Virus genome (UHGV): UHGV-0331106
Reading direction: 5' to 3' (one strand)
DNA: 38,151 nt
Origin: a virus
Within the stretch, counting starts at the first letter, position 1; each line of letters begins with the position of its first letter. The notes under the pieces were generated by a model. It saw only the letters and a program-made list of their open reading frames with translations. It was not told the origin of the DNA and did not search any database. This document shows, piece after piece, positions 18,215 to 27,771 of this stretch. The position numbers were made by a program, and so were the translations under genes.

Positions 18215-18229
18215 ACGATCCTCCCATTC

Positions 18230-19087
18230 TTATGCCGCCGCAGTATGTACATAGATTGCCACTTTCTTATTATCTTTCGCTTCTGCGATACCCACGGTAC
18301 GATACCCAAACTTCCAGGCATCCGCATCCTGATTCGCATCCGGCGTAATAATCTTAGATACCGTGTGTTTCTGATTCTGGATTACTGCATTCTTGTCAAC
18401 AATCAGGAAATCAATTTTTTTACCACCTGTTGTTGTAAATCCTCCCGCTCCAGATGCCGTAAGAGTCACTTTGTCATAAAAACGCCCTTCTGGTACCTCG
18501 ATAACACCTGCCCAACCATCAAGCACCTTCTTTGATGCTGTGGTGTCAAGATCCTCGATGTCCCCTTTAAGCTGCGCGGAAATGTACAAATAACAAGTTT
18601 CCGGCTTTGCTTCCTCATTTTTAATAACGGTTTTTCCTTTTCTAATCGCTGCAATTCCAGCTTTCGCGTCTGCAATCGCTTCCGCAACCTTATTTGCAGA
18701 CGGTGCATATCCGGCATAAGAAGCTAATCTCCACGCATCCAGCTCTGGAACTACCTGTGTTCTCAAAAATTCTCCGGAAAGACGTCCGAAGGCAACACCT
18801 GCCGATTCGATATTGTCCATAGCGTCCACAGTAAACATACGCCCACGATCATAAGTGCACTTCTTAGTCTCGTACTCAAGTGTCACATCGCCTGCAACAT
18901 ATCCCGTCTGCTTATTATAATTTGCAAGACCGGACATCGTCATTTTAGGAATTAAAATTTCATTCGCGTTTGCACCTTCTTTTACGAGCTCGTTCGGTCC
19001 GTCCAAAACGGCTGTAAGGGATGCCAGTTTGTAAACTTCATCAAGCATAGTAGAATATGCTTTTCTTAATGCGATTGTATTTGCCAT
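18230..19087 (-). CDS. major capsid protein
   Basis: 285 aa following the scaffold gene. Confidence 0.7.
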   Translation of the reverse strand: MANTIALRKAYSTMLDEVYKLASLTAVLDGPNELVKEGANANEILIPKMTMSGLANYNKQTGYVAGDVTLEYETKKCTYDRGRMFTVDAMDNIESAGVAFGRLSGEFLRTQVVPELDAWRLASYAGYAPSANKVAEAIADAKAGIAAIRKGKTVIKNEEAKPETCYLYISAQLKGDIEDLDTTASKKVLDGWAGVIEVPEGRFYDKVTLTASGAGGFTTTGGKKIDFLIVDKNAVIQNQKHTVSKIITPDANQDADAWKFGYRTVGIAEAKDNKKVAIYVHTAAA

Positions 19088-19112
19088 ATCTTTACCTCTT
19101 TCTTTCTAAAAA

Positions 19113-19664
19113 TTATTTCTCTGCCGGAAGTCCCATAGCCGCCCTGATTGCTGACAGATTATCTCCGCCTACATTGACGCCGCCCCCAGTTGCTCCCACT
19201 GCATTTTTAAACGGCTCATCAGAACCGAATAAATAAGCATCGGACTCCTTTACGGTTTCCAATGCCTTCTTAATATCCTCGGACTGGTTTTTAGACGCTT
19301 TCAATGCATCTATATCAAGCATGGCCATGACTGCCTTTTCGTTTCTTCCTCCGGCTGTCTTGATGGCTTCTTTGATGGTATCAGAGAAAATACGGTCTGC
19401 TTCTTTGGCAGCATACTCCGCATCCTTGTCCTTTAACTGCTGATTGAGCTTGTCAATTTCACTCTGCATGGCTGCCGGATCTACATCCTTAAACTTTTCC
19501 AAAGATTCCGTTGCAGTCGCAAGCTGGTCTTTATAATTATCCCTCTCACTTACGGCTTTCGTTGTCTTTGCCTGTTCCACAGCAACATCCTTTCCATTCT
19601 CCGCCATGATTTTATCAATGGCATCCTGTTCCAATCCAAGTCCTTTTAAAAAATCTGCCTTCAT
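19113..19664 (-). CDS. scaffolding protein
   Basis: Charged, coiled-coil-like 183 aa upstream of the capsid gene. Confidence 0.7.
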   Translation of the reverse strand: MKADFLKGLGLEQDAIDKIMAENGKDVAVEQAKTTKAVSERDNYKDQLATATESLEKFKDVDPAAMQSEIDKLNQQLKDKDAEYAAKEADRIFSDTIKEAIKTAGGRNEKAVMAMLDIDALKASKNQSEDIKKALETVKESDAYLFGSDEPFKNAVGATGGGVNVGGDNLSAIRAAMGLPAEK

Positions 19665-19699
19665 GTTACACTCTCCTTTCTTCCGTTCTTTTACGTCTG

Positions 19700-19741
19700 C
19701 CGGAAAAAGACAATAAAATAAGACGCTTTACCCTGCGTCTT
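19700..19741 (-). terminator. rho-independent terminator (aagacgc-tttaccct-gcgtctt then U-run on minus)
   Basis: 7-bp stem followed by attttattgtctttt on the minus strand. Confidence 0.6.
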
Positions 19742-19769
19742 AACGGGAGATAACCGGATCACCTCCTTT

Positions 19770-20093
19770 CTATTTTTCATAAATCACATCCAGCCCATAA
19801 GCAACTGCTGCATCGTGCTCAATCCTGCATCCTCTTGTATTCTCCCAACCTTTACAGAAGTATACCGCATGGCATAAGCTCATGCTTTCCAAAGACTTTG
19901 CCAGGAAACACAGTGGAATCTGAACCACGCCTCTTTCTTCCATACTTTCTTTGCTATACCACTCATCAGTAAAAAGGGTGTTCACAATCTCGTACCCTTT
20001 CTCCCGCAATACTTGAATTGCTCTCTCTCGTGTCTCCTTGATTTCCTCTTCCGTTTTTCCAGCCATCGGCTGTGATAACATTGCTTTCATCAT
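19770..20093 (-). CDS. DUF4406-like (nucleoside 2-deoxyribosyltransferase-like) moron protein
   Basis: Motifs QPMAGKT...GYEIVNTLF...FCKGWENTRGCRIEHDAAVAYGLDV. SD AAGGAAAGGTG. Confidence 0.55.
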   Translation of the reverse strand: MMKAMLSQPMAGKTEEEIKETRERAIQVLREKGYEIVNTLFTDEWYSKESMEERGVVQIPLCFLAKSLESMSLCHAVYFCKGWENTRGCRIEHDAAVAYGLDVIYEK

Positions 20094-20115
20094 AACCTTT
20101 CACCTTTCCTTTCTT

Positions 20116-20158
20116 AAAAATGGGTACAAAAATACCACTCACTCCGAAGAATGAATGG
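20116..20158 (-). terminator. rho-independent terminator (10-bp stem with 2 G·U pairs, then UAUUUUUGU)
   Basis: ccattcattc-ttcg-gagtgagtgg on the minus strand. Confidence 0.5.
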
Positions 20159-20161
20159 TAT

Positions 20162-20428
20162 CTATACGACTGCTTTCATAGCCTTGTCATATTCGATTTT
20201 TAATTTTCTTTTGAAATCTTCGATTTCTTCTGGCTTCATACCAGGTTCTCCCAAAGCACATACATCTGGTGTCTCATCATTCAGTATTTCCGTAGCCCTT
20301 GGCTGCTCTTCATGCATTTCATCATAGTGCACTATCAACAAGCCTTCTAGCTCGCACGAAAAATCATAGATGTCATCAGGTGTATTTTCCAAAAAATCTT
20401 TGATGTAATTCATAATTTTATTAAACAT
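20162..20428 (-). CDS. hypothetical protein (88 aa)
   Basis: ORF only. Confidence 0.4.
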   Translation of the reverse strand: MFNKIMNYIKDFLENTPDDIYDFSCELEGLLIVHYDEMHEEQPRATEILNDETPDVCALGEPGMKPEEIEDFKRKLKIEYDKAMKAVV

Positions 20429-22091
20429 TTTCCCACACCTCCTTAGGATTCTTACGCCTTACAACGGACACTATATCGCCTGTTATTTTATTCTTAATCG
20501 CCACTAATTGAAGCTTCGCATCGAAGTAAACCAATTTATTTTCACCCTCAGTATATTTAGGTATTCCATTAATAAATTTCATCAATACTTCTTCCGAAAC
20601 CTCTGGCAGACCTGGCTGATTCAATCTTGGTAATCGGCTCAATGCGTGAACAGACAAATAGATACCTTCTTTTTCAAATCTTACATACGCTTCTTTTGAC
20701 TTCTGTTTAAACTCAGAAGACCATTCCTTTTTATCGATATCAGAATATGTATCGACTTTCTTTTTCAATGCACTAAATTTCTTAGGTTCATTATACTTCA
20801 TCTGCCGGAAATCAGCAAGGCTGCCGACATCATCTCCAAGTATATTTCTGTATCGGTAATACTGCTTTGAATCCCTATCCGCATTTCGAATCATATCTGT
20901 CGTATATTTACGATTCTGCTTTTTCGTATTTGTTGCTACTCTTCCACGCATATCATAATAAATACGCTCTCTTTCTTCTGTCAGACCCATCTTCTTACAG
21001 AACCGGCTATACTCATTCAACTGCCCTTGATACTTGGCTCTTGCAATCATGATATCATCCGGATCAGCTCCGCCCTTCTTCAAAAGGTCAACCTTTTCAC
21101 GCTGCGCCCGCATACAAGTTTCCATCTGCCTCTGCCGTTGCTTTGCTTCGTAAAGAGTGTATTCTTTACCGTTAAAGGTATTCGGCGTGTTTTCCTTGCG
21201 ATTCTGCTCTTCCAGCCACTCGTCTGTCCAGTTCCGAACGGAAATACCCGGAACAAAAGGATAGTACATGTGATAGCAGTTGGCGCCGAGCAATCCAGTT
21301 ACACTTCCAAGTCCACACACCGTTGTAAGCTCTTCTTTACTGTAAACCCTCCCCTGCCACACCGCATGGGTTGGTCGAGCTCCGGCGTGCCATTCCACCT
21401 CGAAATGCTCCGTTCCGAGCTTTTCAGCGTTCATTTCAGATATCTTGCCAGACAACTGCGATACCCCGGTCATGACTGCCCTGCGTGCTGCCACATCCAC
21501 TCTGTTTGCCCTGCCGGATGCATAATCGATCTGCCGCAATCCACTGTTTGTCAAATGTGTTACAGTTCTTCTTAAGACCGTATTGTAATCAAATGCACCA
21601 GATACAATATCCATGCAGGCGGCATCCAAATACTTCTGGTACACTTGCGCCAACGGAGTCAATACCGGTTTCCCTGTTCCATAATCCAGATAAAAACCAA
21701 GAGACTTTGTGATATTTTGCAATTCAGCTCCACTCTGTCTGATTAATCCTTCTGTAATCTGCTGCAGCTCCTCATTCTCTTCGTAAGGAATAAATTCTGC
21801 ATTAACCTGTTCGTATACTTCCTTATTCCGGACATATTCCCAATCAATGACTTTATCATACAACTCGAACATCTCCGGATATGATTTACCCAACGCTTCT
21901 TTTAGCATATTTTCAATGTCTTCAGATGAATACCCCAGAATCTTTAGCCGGTTAATCTGCCAGTCCGCTGTGCTTGTGATTTCTCCAGTTTTTCTTATCC
22001 TGCGAACGATATCTTCCATGATCCGAATTTCCAGATCTGAAAAGTTTTTTTCAATCTGACCGGACAACTGTTTCTTGTAGTCTTCTCTCAA
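20421..22091 (-). CDS. head morphogenesis / minor capsid protein (Mu F-like, SPP1 gp7-like) with a C-terminal extension of about 170 aa
   Basis: RQIDYASGRANRVDVAARRAVMTGVSQ-type motif. Downstream of the portal. Confidence 0.7.
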   Translation of the reverse strand: MREDYKKQLSGQIEKNFSDLEIRIMEDIVRRIRKTGEITSTADWQINRLKILGYSSEDIENMLKEALGKSYPEMFELYDKVIDWEYVRNKEVYEQVNAEFIPYEENEELQQITEGLIRQSGAELQNITKSLGFYLDYGTGKPVLTPLAQVYQKYLDAACMDIVSGAFDYNTVLRRTVTHLTNSGLRQIDYASGRANRVDVAARRAVMTGVSQLSGKISEMNAEKLGTEHFEVEWHAGARPTHAVWQGRVYSKEELTTVCGLGSVTGLLGANCYHMYYPFVPGISVRNWTDEWLEEQNRKENTPNTFNGKEYTLYEAKQRQRQMETCMRAQREKVDLLKKGGADPDDIMIARAKYQGQLNEYSRFCKKMGLTEERERIYYDMRGRVATNTKKQNRKYTTDMIRNADRDSKQYYRYRNILGDDVGSLADFRQMKYNEPKKFSALKKKVDTYSDIDKKEWSSEFKQKSKEAYVRFEKEGIYLSVHALSRLPRLNQPGLPEVSEEVLMKFINGIPKYTEGENKLVYFDAKLQLVAIKNKITGDIVSVVRRKNPKEVWENV

Positions 22092-22100
22092 TCAGATCAC

Positions 22101-23468
22101 CTACTCCATAACTTGATTTTGTTCCGGAAGCATCTTCTTCGCCGTGGATTCGTCCTCATTATACCATTTCATCCGATATTCCAAATGCGACATCACGCCC
22201 ATGCTCACGTCCTGTCTGTCCTGCTGCCGTTCTGCTTCCTCATCGGTCAGAATTGAATCGTTGAATTTGCAGGAAAACTCATACCCGGAATTCAGCATGC
22301 TGTTGTAAAAGGCAAGTCCTGCGGCAAAATCTTCCAGGCAATCATACAAATTGTTCTGAATTGCGGTTACCCGATTATACTTCCGGTTCTTTGATACTTT
22401 TATCTCTGTTGCTGTCTTAGCGATTTCCTGCACATCCGATAAATCTCCGTAAGCCAAGCCAACAGAAAATTCAATTTCTCGCTTATACTCTTCAAGTCCA
22501 CGCCTAAAGGCTTCGTCTCGCATTTCCGGAGAATACTCTTTCAGAAGCTCCTGGTCTTTCCCCGCTTCCAAATTCAGCCCTCGGTAAAGCCTTTTATTAA
22601 GCCTTGCCATCCCAAATCTTCCGGTTGATTTATCTTGTTTTAATGCTTTGCCATCAACATGGATGGCTCGTTCCCCCGATTCATATTCCCAGTCAAGCCT
22701 CGCCCCCTGGATGTCTGCTTTTCTGATCAAGTCTATCGCCGAATCGTATACAGATACCCCGCAGACCGAACCATCCACCTTATTCTTGATCGGATTCCGA
22801 TAATACCCAAAATCCATCCGACTCATACCCGGATATGTAACAGGACCCGGCTCAATATCCACCCACTCCTCTACTGCCTCCAGACTGCACGGAAGCCCGA
22901 TATCACTTGCAGTCTGAGAATGGAAACATCTGTTTTCTATGGTCAGGTTTCCCTTTATGAAATAATGCCTTTCAAACCGCGTAAAGTAATCCGTATCCCC
23001 GACTTTCTTCACTGTCAGAAAAGCCATATCATTCGGATTACCGTCATCTCCGAAGCTGATCGGAATGATCTTGTCTGCGGCTACGAACTCTGCAGTCGTT
23101 CCGCCTAACGGCTTCAAAGCAAACGAACCGAGCGCAAGTCCTTCCTGTAAATTTTCATTCAACCTTGCAATATTTTTTTGATATATCTTATCCAGACGCT
23201 CATTACTCACGCCGGTTTCCATTTCCACCAGAACGCAATCGGCAAACTCACGGCAGATGCCTTCTTCTATCCCCAAAGATACGATGCTGTCAGTGATCCA
23301 GCCTGCCTGTCCATTCAGCATATTCTTCCATTCGTTTATCGCATCGATCATAGCACCGGAAAGAGTAATATCCTTGCCAACGATCTGTTTTAATGTCGTA
23401 TATCCAAACATCCGCATTAGTCCTTTCCAAAGTTTTCTAATTCCATCAAACATCTTCCACCTCTTCAA
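22101..23468 (-). CDS. portal protein
   Basis: 455 aa between terL and the MuF-like gene. Confidence 0.8.
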   Translation of the reverse strand: MKRWKMFDGIRKLWKGLMRMFGYTTLKQIVGKDITLSGAMIDAINEWKNMLNGQAGWITDSIVSLGIEEGICREFADCVLVEMETGVSNERLDKIYQKNIARLNENLQEGLALGSFALKPLGGTTAEFVAADKIIPISFGDDGNPNDMAFLTVKKVGDTDYFTRFERHYFIKGNLTIENRCFHSQTASDIGLPCSLEAVEEWVDIEPGPVTYPGMSRMDFGYYRNPIKNKVDGSVCGVSVYDSAIDLIRKADIQGARLDWEYESGERAIHVDGKALKQDKSTGRFGMARLNKRLYRGLNLEAGKDQELLKEYSPEMRDEAFRRGLEEYKREIEFSVGLAYGDLSDVQEIAKTATEIKVSKNRKYNRVTAIQNNLYDCLEDFAAGLAFYNSMLNSGYEFSCKFNDSILTDEEAERQQDRQDVSMGVMSHLEYRMKWYNEDESTAKKMLPEQNQVME

Positions 23469-24774
23469 TCAGATATTTCATATCACGTTCAATCGTGTAC
23501 TCGAACGCATCCAGACTGTCAATATCAGTGCTGCCATCGTCCAGACGTTCATCTTTTTCGACAACCTCTTTGTTCCAAACCGCATCCGAAAACGCCGTCT
23601 CCAAGCTTTCGCTGTCTTTTGTAATAAAAAACCTTCCTGCCCCCATGAGCTTGACGGTACATCTGATTCTGTCGTTTATCGTTGCTTTTTTTGCCTTACG
23701 AACCGATATCCAAGGATACTGTTTCTCCACTGCGTTCCGAATAGAATTTCCAAGAACCGTCTCCGCATTATCGTAATAAACGGTTTCCACATTGCAATAT
23801 TCCACATAATCTCCGTGTCGGGTCACAATCCCATATTCTTCAATCACATCTCCAACAAAATCGCAGAACATCTTATCCAACATATTGCTGTCAATATCCT
23901 CATTTTCATCCTTTGCCATGATTCTGCGGGATTTTAGTGCAATCACGTCTTTGTAGTTATCCGTATACCCTCTGGCAACAAATGAATGCCCGGATTGATT
24001 TCCACCAAAGTCCAAACCGATTTCAATGGATATGATATCTTCTTTCTGGAACTGCTTATGCTCTGGATCAAGCGACAGCTCATCCACAACTTCACATCGG
24101 TACGCATCCGGATTATCTGCAAAACGCTTATAGATTGCCCCCTCTGCACGTTTCCACATTCCTAGTATAAGCCGATCATAGTAGATTGTACCCTCGTATT
24201 CTTTGCAGAGCTGCTGCACAAATTCTTCTGGGAGAAACGGATTGTCAAAAATGGTGTATCTCTGCAGATAAATATCCAGCTCCACATTATCTAGAAACTC
24301 TTTTAGCCAGTGTGTGGGGTTCTCCGGGTTGCAGGAACCATCAAAACAGGAATATGGTTTATCAAGACGAGATTTCAGCATTTGGAATACTTCTTTGTTC
24401 CACTTTGCCACCTCGTCTCCGTAGCAGTATTTAATGGATGCCCCTTGAATCTTTGCCACTTGACTGACCTTTTCCGCACCCAGACAGTAAACATCCTCTC
24501 CACAGATCCGCGCTACATTCCGGTTGTTAATCGTTCCGATCAACTTGTCTGTGTAAATCTCTCGCATCGGCTGCAAAACATTTCGTTCGATAGACTCTTT
24601 CGATACGCCAAGAATCACATTTAATCCTGGCTTGCCTGCACGCTCTCTGATCCGGAAAGGAATCACAAACGCAGTGTCGACATAAGACTTTCCGGATCGC
24701 ACAGCTCCGGATTTAATATTCCAACGATGCGTCGCATTCACAATATACTCATTCTGTTTCTTGCTTAACTGCAT
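23446..24774 (-). CDS. terL: terminase large subunit
   Basis: Walker A KSGAVRSGKSY and a nuclease C-terminus. Confidence 0.85.
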   Translation of the reverse strand: MQLSKKQNEYIVNATHRWNIKSGAVRSGKSYVDTAFVIPFRIRERAGKPGLNVILGVSKESIERNVLQPMREIYTDKLIGTINNRNVARICGEDVYCLGAEKVSQVAKIQGASIKYCYGDEVAKWNKEVFQMLKSRLDKPYSCFDGSCNPENPTHWLKEFLDNVELDIYLQRYTIFDNPFLPEEFVQQLCKEYEGTIYYDRLILGMWKRAEGAIYKRFADNPDAYRCEVVDELSLDPEHKQFQKEDIISIEIGLDFGGNQSGHSFVARGYTDNYKDVIALKSRRIMAKDENEDIDSNMLDKMFCDFVGDVIEEYGIVTRHGDYVEYCNVETVYYDNAETVLGNSIRNAVEKQYPWISVRKAKKATINDRIRCTVKLMGAGRFFITKDSESLETAFSDAVWNKEVVEKDERLDDGSTDIDSLDAFEYTIERDMKYLIEEVEDV

Positions 24775-25216
24775 TATCACGCACCTCTTTTAGTATCTGA
24801 TCCAGTTTATCAAGAGCCTCTTCCGTTTCATTTTCACCAGTAACCGCCTGCTTGCGTGCTTTCTTAAGCTCTGTATCTGCTTCACGGTTCAACCGGTTCT
24901 CGTCAGGTTCAGAAGACTGGCCAGAGTATTTTGCAACAAAGGTGGCTGCCTTCGTATCTCCAGCCAACGCCTCTTTAATCTGCGCCATCAAAAGAGCTGA
25001 CTCTAAAGTACACTCAACACCAAGTGCCTCTAGAACCGGCTTCCATTCTTCACTATCTATTTCAGCAGTAAGCAGCATGTTCAGCGTCTTCCGGAAATCT
25101 GCTTTCCGACGCCTCGCTTCTCCGCTTGCTTTACCTCCTTTTGATGTAATAATCCGTAGTTCGTCCGTTGTTCGATGATCAAATCCTTTATCTTTTATGT
25201 TTTCATAATTCGCCAC
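24749..25216 (-). CDS. terS: terminase small subunit (GTG start)
   Basis: SD GAGGAAGGTGG before the GTG at 25216. Sits upstream of terL. Confidence 0.65.
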   Translation of the reverse strand: MANYENIKDKGFDHRTTDELRIITSKGGKASGEARRRKADFRKTLNMLLTAEIDSEEWKPVLEALGVECTLESALLMAQIKEALAGDTKAATFVAKYSGQSSEPDENRLNREADTELKKARKQAVTGENETEEALDKLDQILKEVRDNAVKQETE

Positions 25217-25236
25217 GTCACCACCTTCCTCTACTT

Positions 25237-25271
25237 AAAATTTTGCATTAGAAAAGCACCCTTTCGGATGC
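25237..25271 (-). terminator. hairpin gcatcc-gaaa-gggtgc followed by UUUUCUAAUGCAAAAUUUU
   Basis: Read on the minus strand. Confidence 0.45.
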
Positions 25272-25275
25272 CTTA

Positions 25276-25419
25276 TACCTGTCTGTTCTTCGGCTCCACC
25301 GCTTCAGACCGGACATTGTGTGTCTGGTTCTGATTCTCCGGTTTTACCTTTTCCGTTATGCTGTTGAACTTATTCAAGTTCTTCTGTCTGTTTTCCTGCT
25401 CCTGCTGCTTTTTGTTCAT
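25276..25419 (-). CDS. unannotated small ORF, 48 aa Q/N/K-rich (MNKKQQEQENRQKNLNKFNSITEKVKPENQNQTHNVRSEAVEPKNRQV)
   Basis: SD GAGGTG is 5 nt before the ATG at 25419. Bracketed by two terminators. Confidence 0.4.
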
Positions 25420-25460
25420 ACCATCACCTCGGGGATAGTATGTGCACAGGAAATGGAATT

Positions 25461-25490
25461 ATGTATGAGAAAAGCACCCCGAAGGGTGCT
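25461..25490 (-). terminator. terminator after hicB (agcaccc-ttcg-gggtgct then UUUCUCAU)
   Basis: Perfect 7-bp stem. Confidence 0.55.
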
Positions 25491-25515
25491 ATTCACAATT
25501 TATATAACTAGAGAA

Positions 25516-25926
25516 TTAGTTAGCACTTTTTGTTATTCCAAGAACGCTCATAATCGCATCCTGAAGCAATTTTGAATAGTTGATTCCAGCTTTTTCTGCT
25601 TCTACATTCATCCAGTATGGAATCGTACAATTTTTCTTTACCGCTTTGTTATCCACCTTTCTTCTGTATTCCACAAAATCAACATCAACTAATGTTACAA
25701 TATCTTCTTTTGCCGCATTAATTCCTGCAATATTGGGTTCCGGAAGTACTTTTCCTTCATCCATCAAGTCTATTCCCATGAGACCGATTGCATCCCTTGC
25801 CATTTCCATTGCGTCTGCAATATCCATTCCCTGTGTCGCAATATCAAAATCCGGGATCTCCACATAGAAAAATCCATCATCTTCTTTCGATATTACAACA
25901 GGATATGCCCTTCTTCCTTCTTTCAT
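25516..25926 (-). CDS. hicB: HicB-family antitoxin (RNase-H-like N domain plus RHH-like C-terminus)
   Basis: YPVVISKEDDGFFYVEIPDFDIATQGMDIADAMEMARDAI. ATG at 25926 with SD GGAGGAGG. Confidence 0.75.
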   Translation of the reverse strand: MKEGRRAYPVVISKEDDGFFYVEIPDFDIATQGMDIADAMEMARDAIGLMGIDLMDEGKVLPEPNIAGINAAKEDIVTLVDVDFVEYRRKVDNKAVKKNCTIPYWMNVEAEKAGINYSKLLQDAIMSVLGITKSAN

Positions 25927-25988
25927 TGTGATTCCTCCTCCACACATATAAACGCGTTCTCACTTAATAAAACTTCAAGAAAGTGGGA

Positions 25989-26174
25989 CTATTTCAGTCC
26001 CAACTTCTTAATAATGTTTCTTGCAAGTCTCTCGTTGATATCTGGATGTCTCGGAATGGGTTCGCTCCTATGACCATCCGTATATATGTCATGGTTTCCA
26101 CCATTTCTCTTTATACGTATATTATACGCATAAATATATCCATTGTCAATAGTAAATACGCATTTTATACGCAT
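25989..26174 (-). CDS. hicA: HicA-like mRNA interferase toxin
   Basis: NGGNHDIYTDGHRSEPIPRHPDINERLARNIIKKLGLK resembles E. coli HicA NGSNH...PRHP...ILKQLGL. No SD at the annotated ATG. Confidence 0.6.
   Translation of the reverse strand: MRIKCVFTIDNGYIYAYNIRIKRNGGNHDIYTDGHRSEPIPRHPDINERLARNIIKKLGLK
26121..26149 (-). promoter_or_regulatory. consensus sigma-70 promoter TTGACA-17-TATAAT inside the hicA 5' coding region
   Basis: Minus strand TTGACAatggatatatttatgcgTATAAT, flanked by TGCGTATAA repeats. Confidence 0.5.
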
Positions 26175-26303
26175 TTCTTTAAATCAAAAAACGCCCCGCA
26201 AATGCAGGACGTCTTTACTTGGTTTATGCAAGAGTAGGGGGAAGAGCCGCAGGCGCTTTGCCTTTTGGCTCTAGTATTATTATACATATGCTTTTTATGC
26301 GTG

Positions 26304-26714
26304 CTATGCGTTTTCTAAATAATCATCAATTCTTCTGCTCACACGGCTCTGATCTAAATGTACCGCTTTCGCAACCGCCTTCTGTTTTCTCCCCTCGACG
26401 AAGCACATCCTGAAGATCCGCCTTGTAATGCCATCAGTTATCGCTTCCACCCATTCCTCTATCTCCACACATTCCTGCTCCAGCTGCTCCTTCCGTCGCT
26501 GATCCCGGTCCTGAAGGCGATCATACTTCTCCTTGTCGAATCCTACCACACCCTGTGGCATGGGATATCCCTTGCTGTAATCAAAGATTACGTCATTCCC
26601 TATCAACCCCTCATCTCTCCATCGGTTTTTGAGTATGTAATCCAGCTCCAGAATCTCATCCTTTTTACTCCGGTATCCCTGGAGCAGCTCCTTTGTTATC
26701 TCCACCCGCATCAC
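26304..26714 (-). CDS. ArpU-family / sigma-70 region-4-like late gene transcriptional regulator
   Basis: C-terminal HTH RRIFRMCFVEGRKQKAVAKAVHLDQSRVSRR and KGYPMPQG motif. Positioned upstream of the packaging genes. Confidence 0.6.
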   Translation of the reverse strand: MMRVEITKELLQGYRSKKDEILELDYILKNRWRDEGLIGNDVIFDYSKGYPMPQGVVGFDKEKYDRLQDRDQRRKEQLEQECVEIEEWVEAITDGITRRIFRMCFVEGRKQKAVAKAVHLDQSRVSRRIDDYLENA

Positions 26715-26819
26715 CCCTTAATCCACATCGTCTCTGTAAATATTCCCACGTTGTCTCCCGCCGGATCTGCTGCCCCTGCGCCCGGATCAGCGCGGCAGCG
26801 CTAGGTTCGTTTGTATTGC

Positions 26820-27038
26820 TCAATGTATCAGCTCCTTTTTCGGTCTGCCACGTTTCCGCATCCCTTTTAATCCATATGCTTTTATGCCTGCTACCACCGT
26901 TGCCACTGATATGTCTAACAAATATGCTATTTCTACGTTCGACTTTCCTTCGTCCACATATTTTTTCAGTTTCTCTACGTCGTAACACTTTCTGTACATT
27001 CGTTTCCGTGATCCGTCTTTTCCCGCATCGCTTTCCAT
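26820..27038 (-). CDS. small HTH DNA-binding protein (72 aa)
   Basis: SNVEIAYLLDISVATVVAGIKAYGL. SD GGAGAGGT. Confidence 0.5.
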   Translation of the reverse strand: MESDAGKDGSRKRMYRKCYDVEKLKKYVDEGKSNVEIAYLLDISVATVVAGIKAYGLKGMRKRGRPKKELIH

Positions 27039-27124
27039 TTTTACCTCTCCATTAAAATCAACTTAATTCAACCGATCTAACGGACATTCGCCACTCTCTC
27101 GTTGCATATCACACTCGCCGTATC

Positions 27125-27757
27125 TCAGCATTTCTTTTCCTCCTTGTATGGTTCTGGAAGAGGTTGCCATGCAATAACATTATGCTTATTTGTATACCAT
27201 CTTTCTCCCTCTTGTTTTCTAGTCCACCATTCTTTTTCGCGATTATTATACACTCCCATACATACTTCTCCATCTTCAAGAGTAACCAGTTGCATATCAT
27301 AGATTCCTTTATGATTATCTTCCGGTAACCGCCCTTGTACCGGAATCCAACCGTTATCATCACAAGATACCTTTGCTTCTCCGTAAAACTCAAAGTAATC
27401 ATTAAGCCATTTAACAACATAATCCAATTTGAAAGAACTATACCCTATGGTGTATTCATCTTCACCGACTTTTTTAAACTTAATATGATAATATGGTTTT
27501 CCATCAATTTGTCTGGTTATTATCTCTGCGCTTGTTACTTTCTCTTTTTCAACTTTTTCCATTTCAGAAATAGTTTCATCCATGTGTGAACGGATAAACT
27601 CTGTTGCTTCTTCAATTCCTTGTACAATATATGTACATTTATCCTCTTTGTTTCTTCTTTGATACTCAACGATATCGTCAAGATCGCATTCGTATACATC
27701 TTTTGTATATTGCGTTACCTCTTCCAAAATCTTCTCTAATATTTCCATATAGTTCAT
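27125..27757 (-). CDS. DUF551-domain phage protein
   Basis: C-terminus WIPVQGRLPED...NVIAWQPLPEPYK. Confidence 0.55.
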   Translation of the reverse strand: MNYMEILEKILEEVTQYTKDVYECDLDDIVEYQRRNKEDKCTYIVQGIEEATEFIRSHMDETISEMEKVEKEKVTSAEIITRQIDGKPYYHIKFKKVGEDEYTIGYSSFKLDYVVKWLNDYFEFYGEAKVSCDDNGWIPVQGRLPEDNHKGIYDMQLVTLEDGEVCMGVYNNREKEWWTRKQEGERWYTNKHNVIAWQPLPEPYKEEKKC

Positions 27758-27771
27758 CTCCTAAGTATAAT

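Noticed and set aside
21027-23937. Plus-strand ORFs inside the MuF, portal and terminase genes
   Set aside because: Antisense frames within confidently assigned genes.
26665-26988. Arg-rich 107-aa minus-strand ORF
   Set aside because: Alternate frame of the 72-aa HTH gene and the GC-rich spacer.
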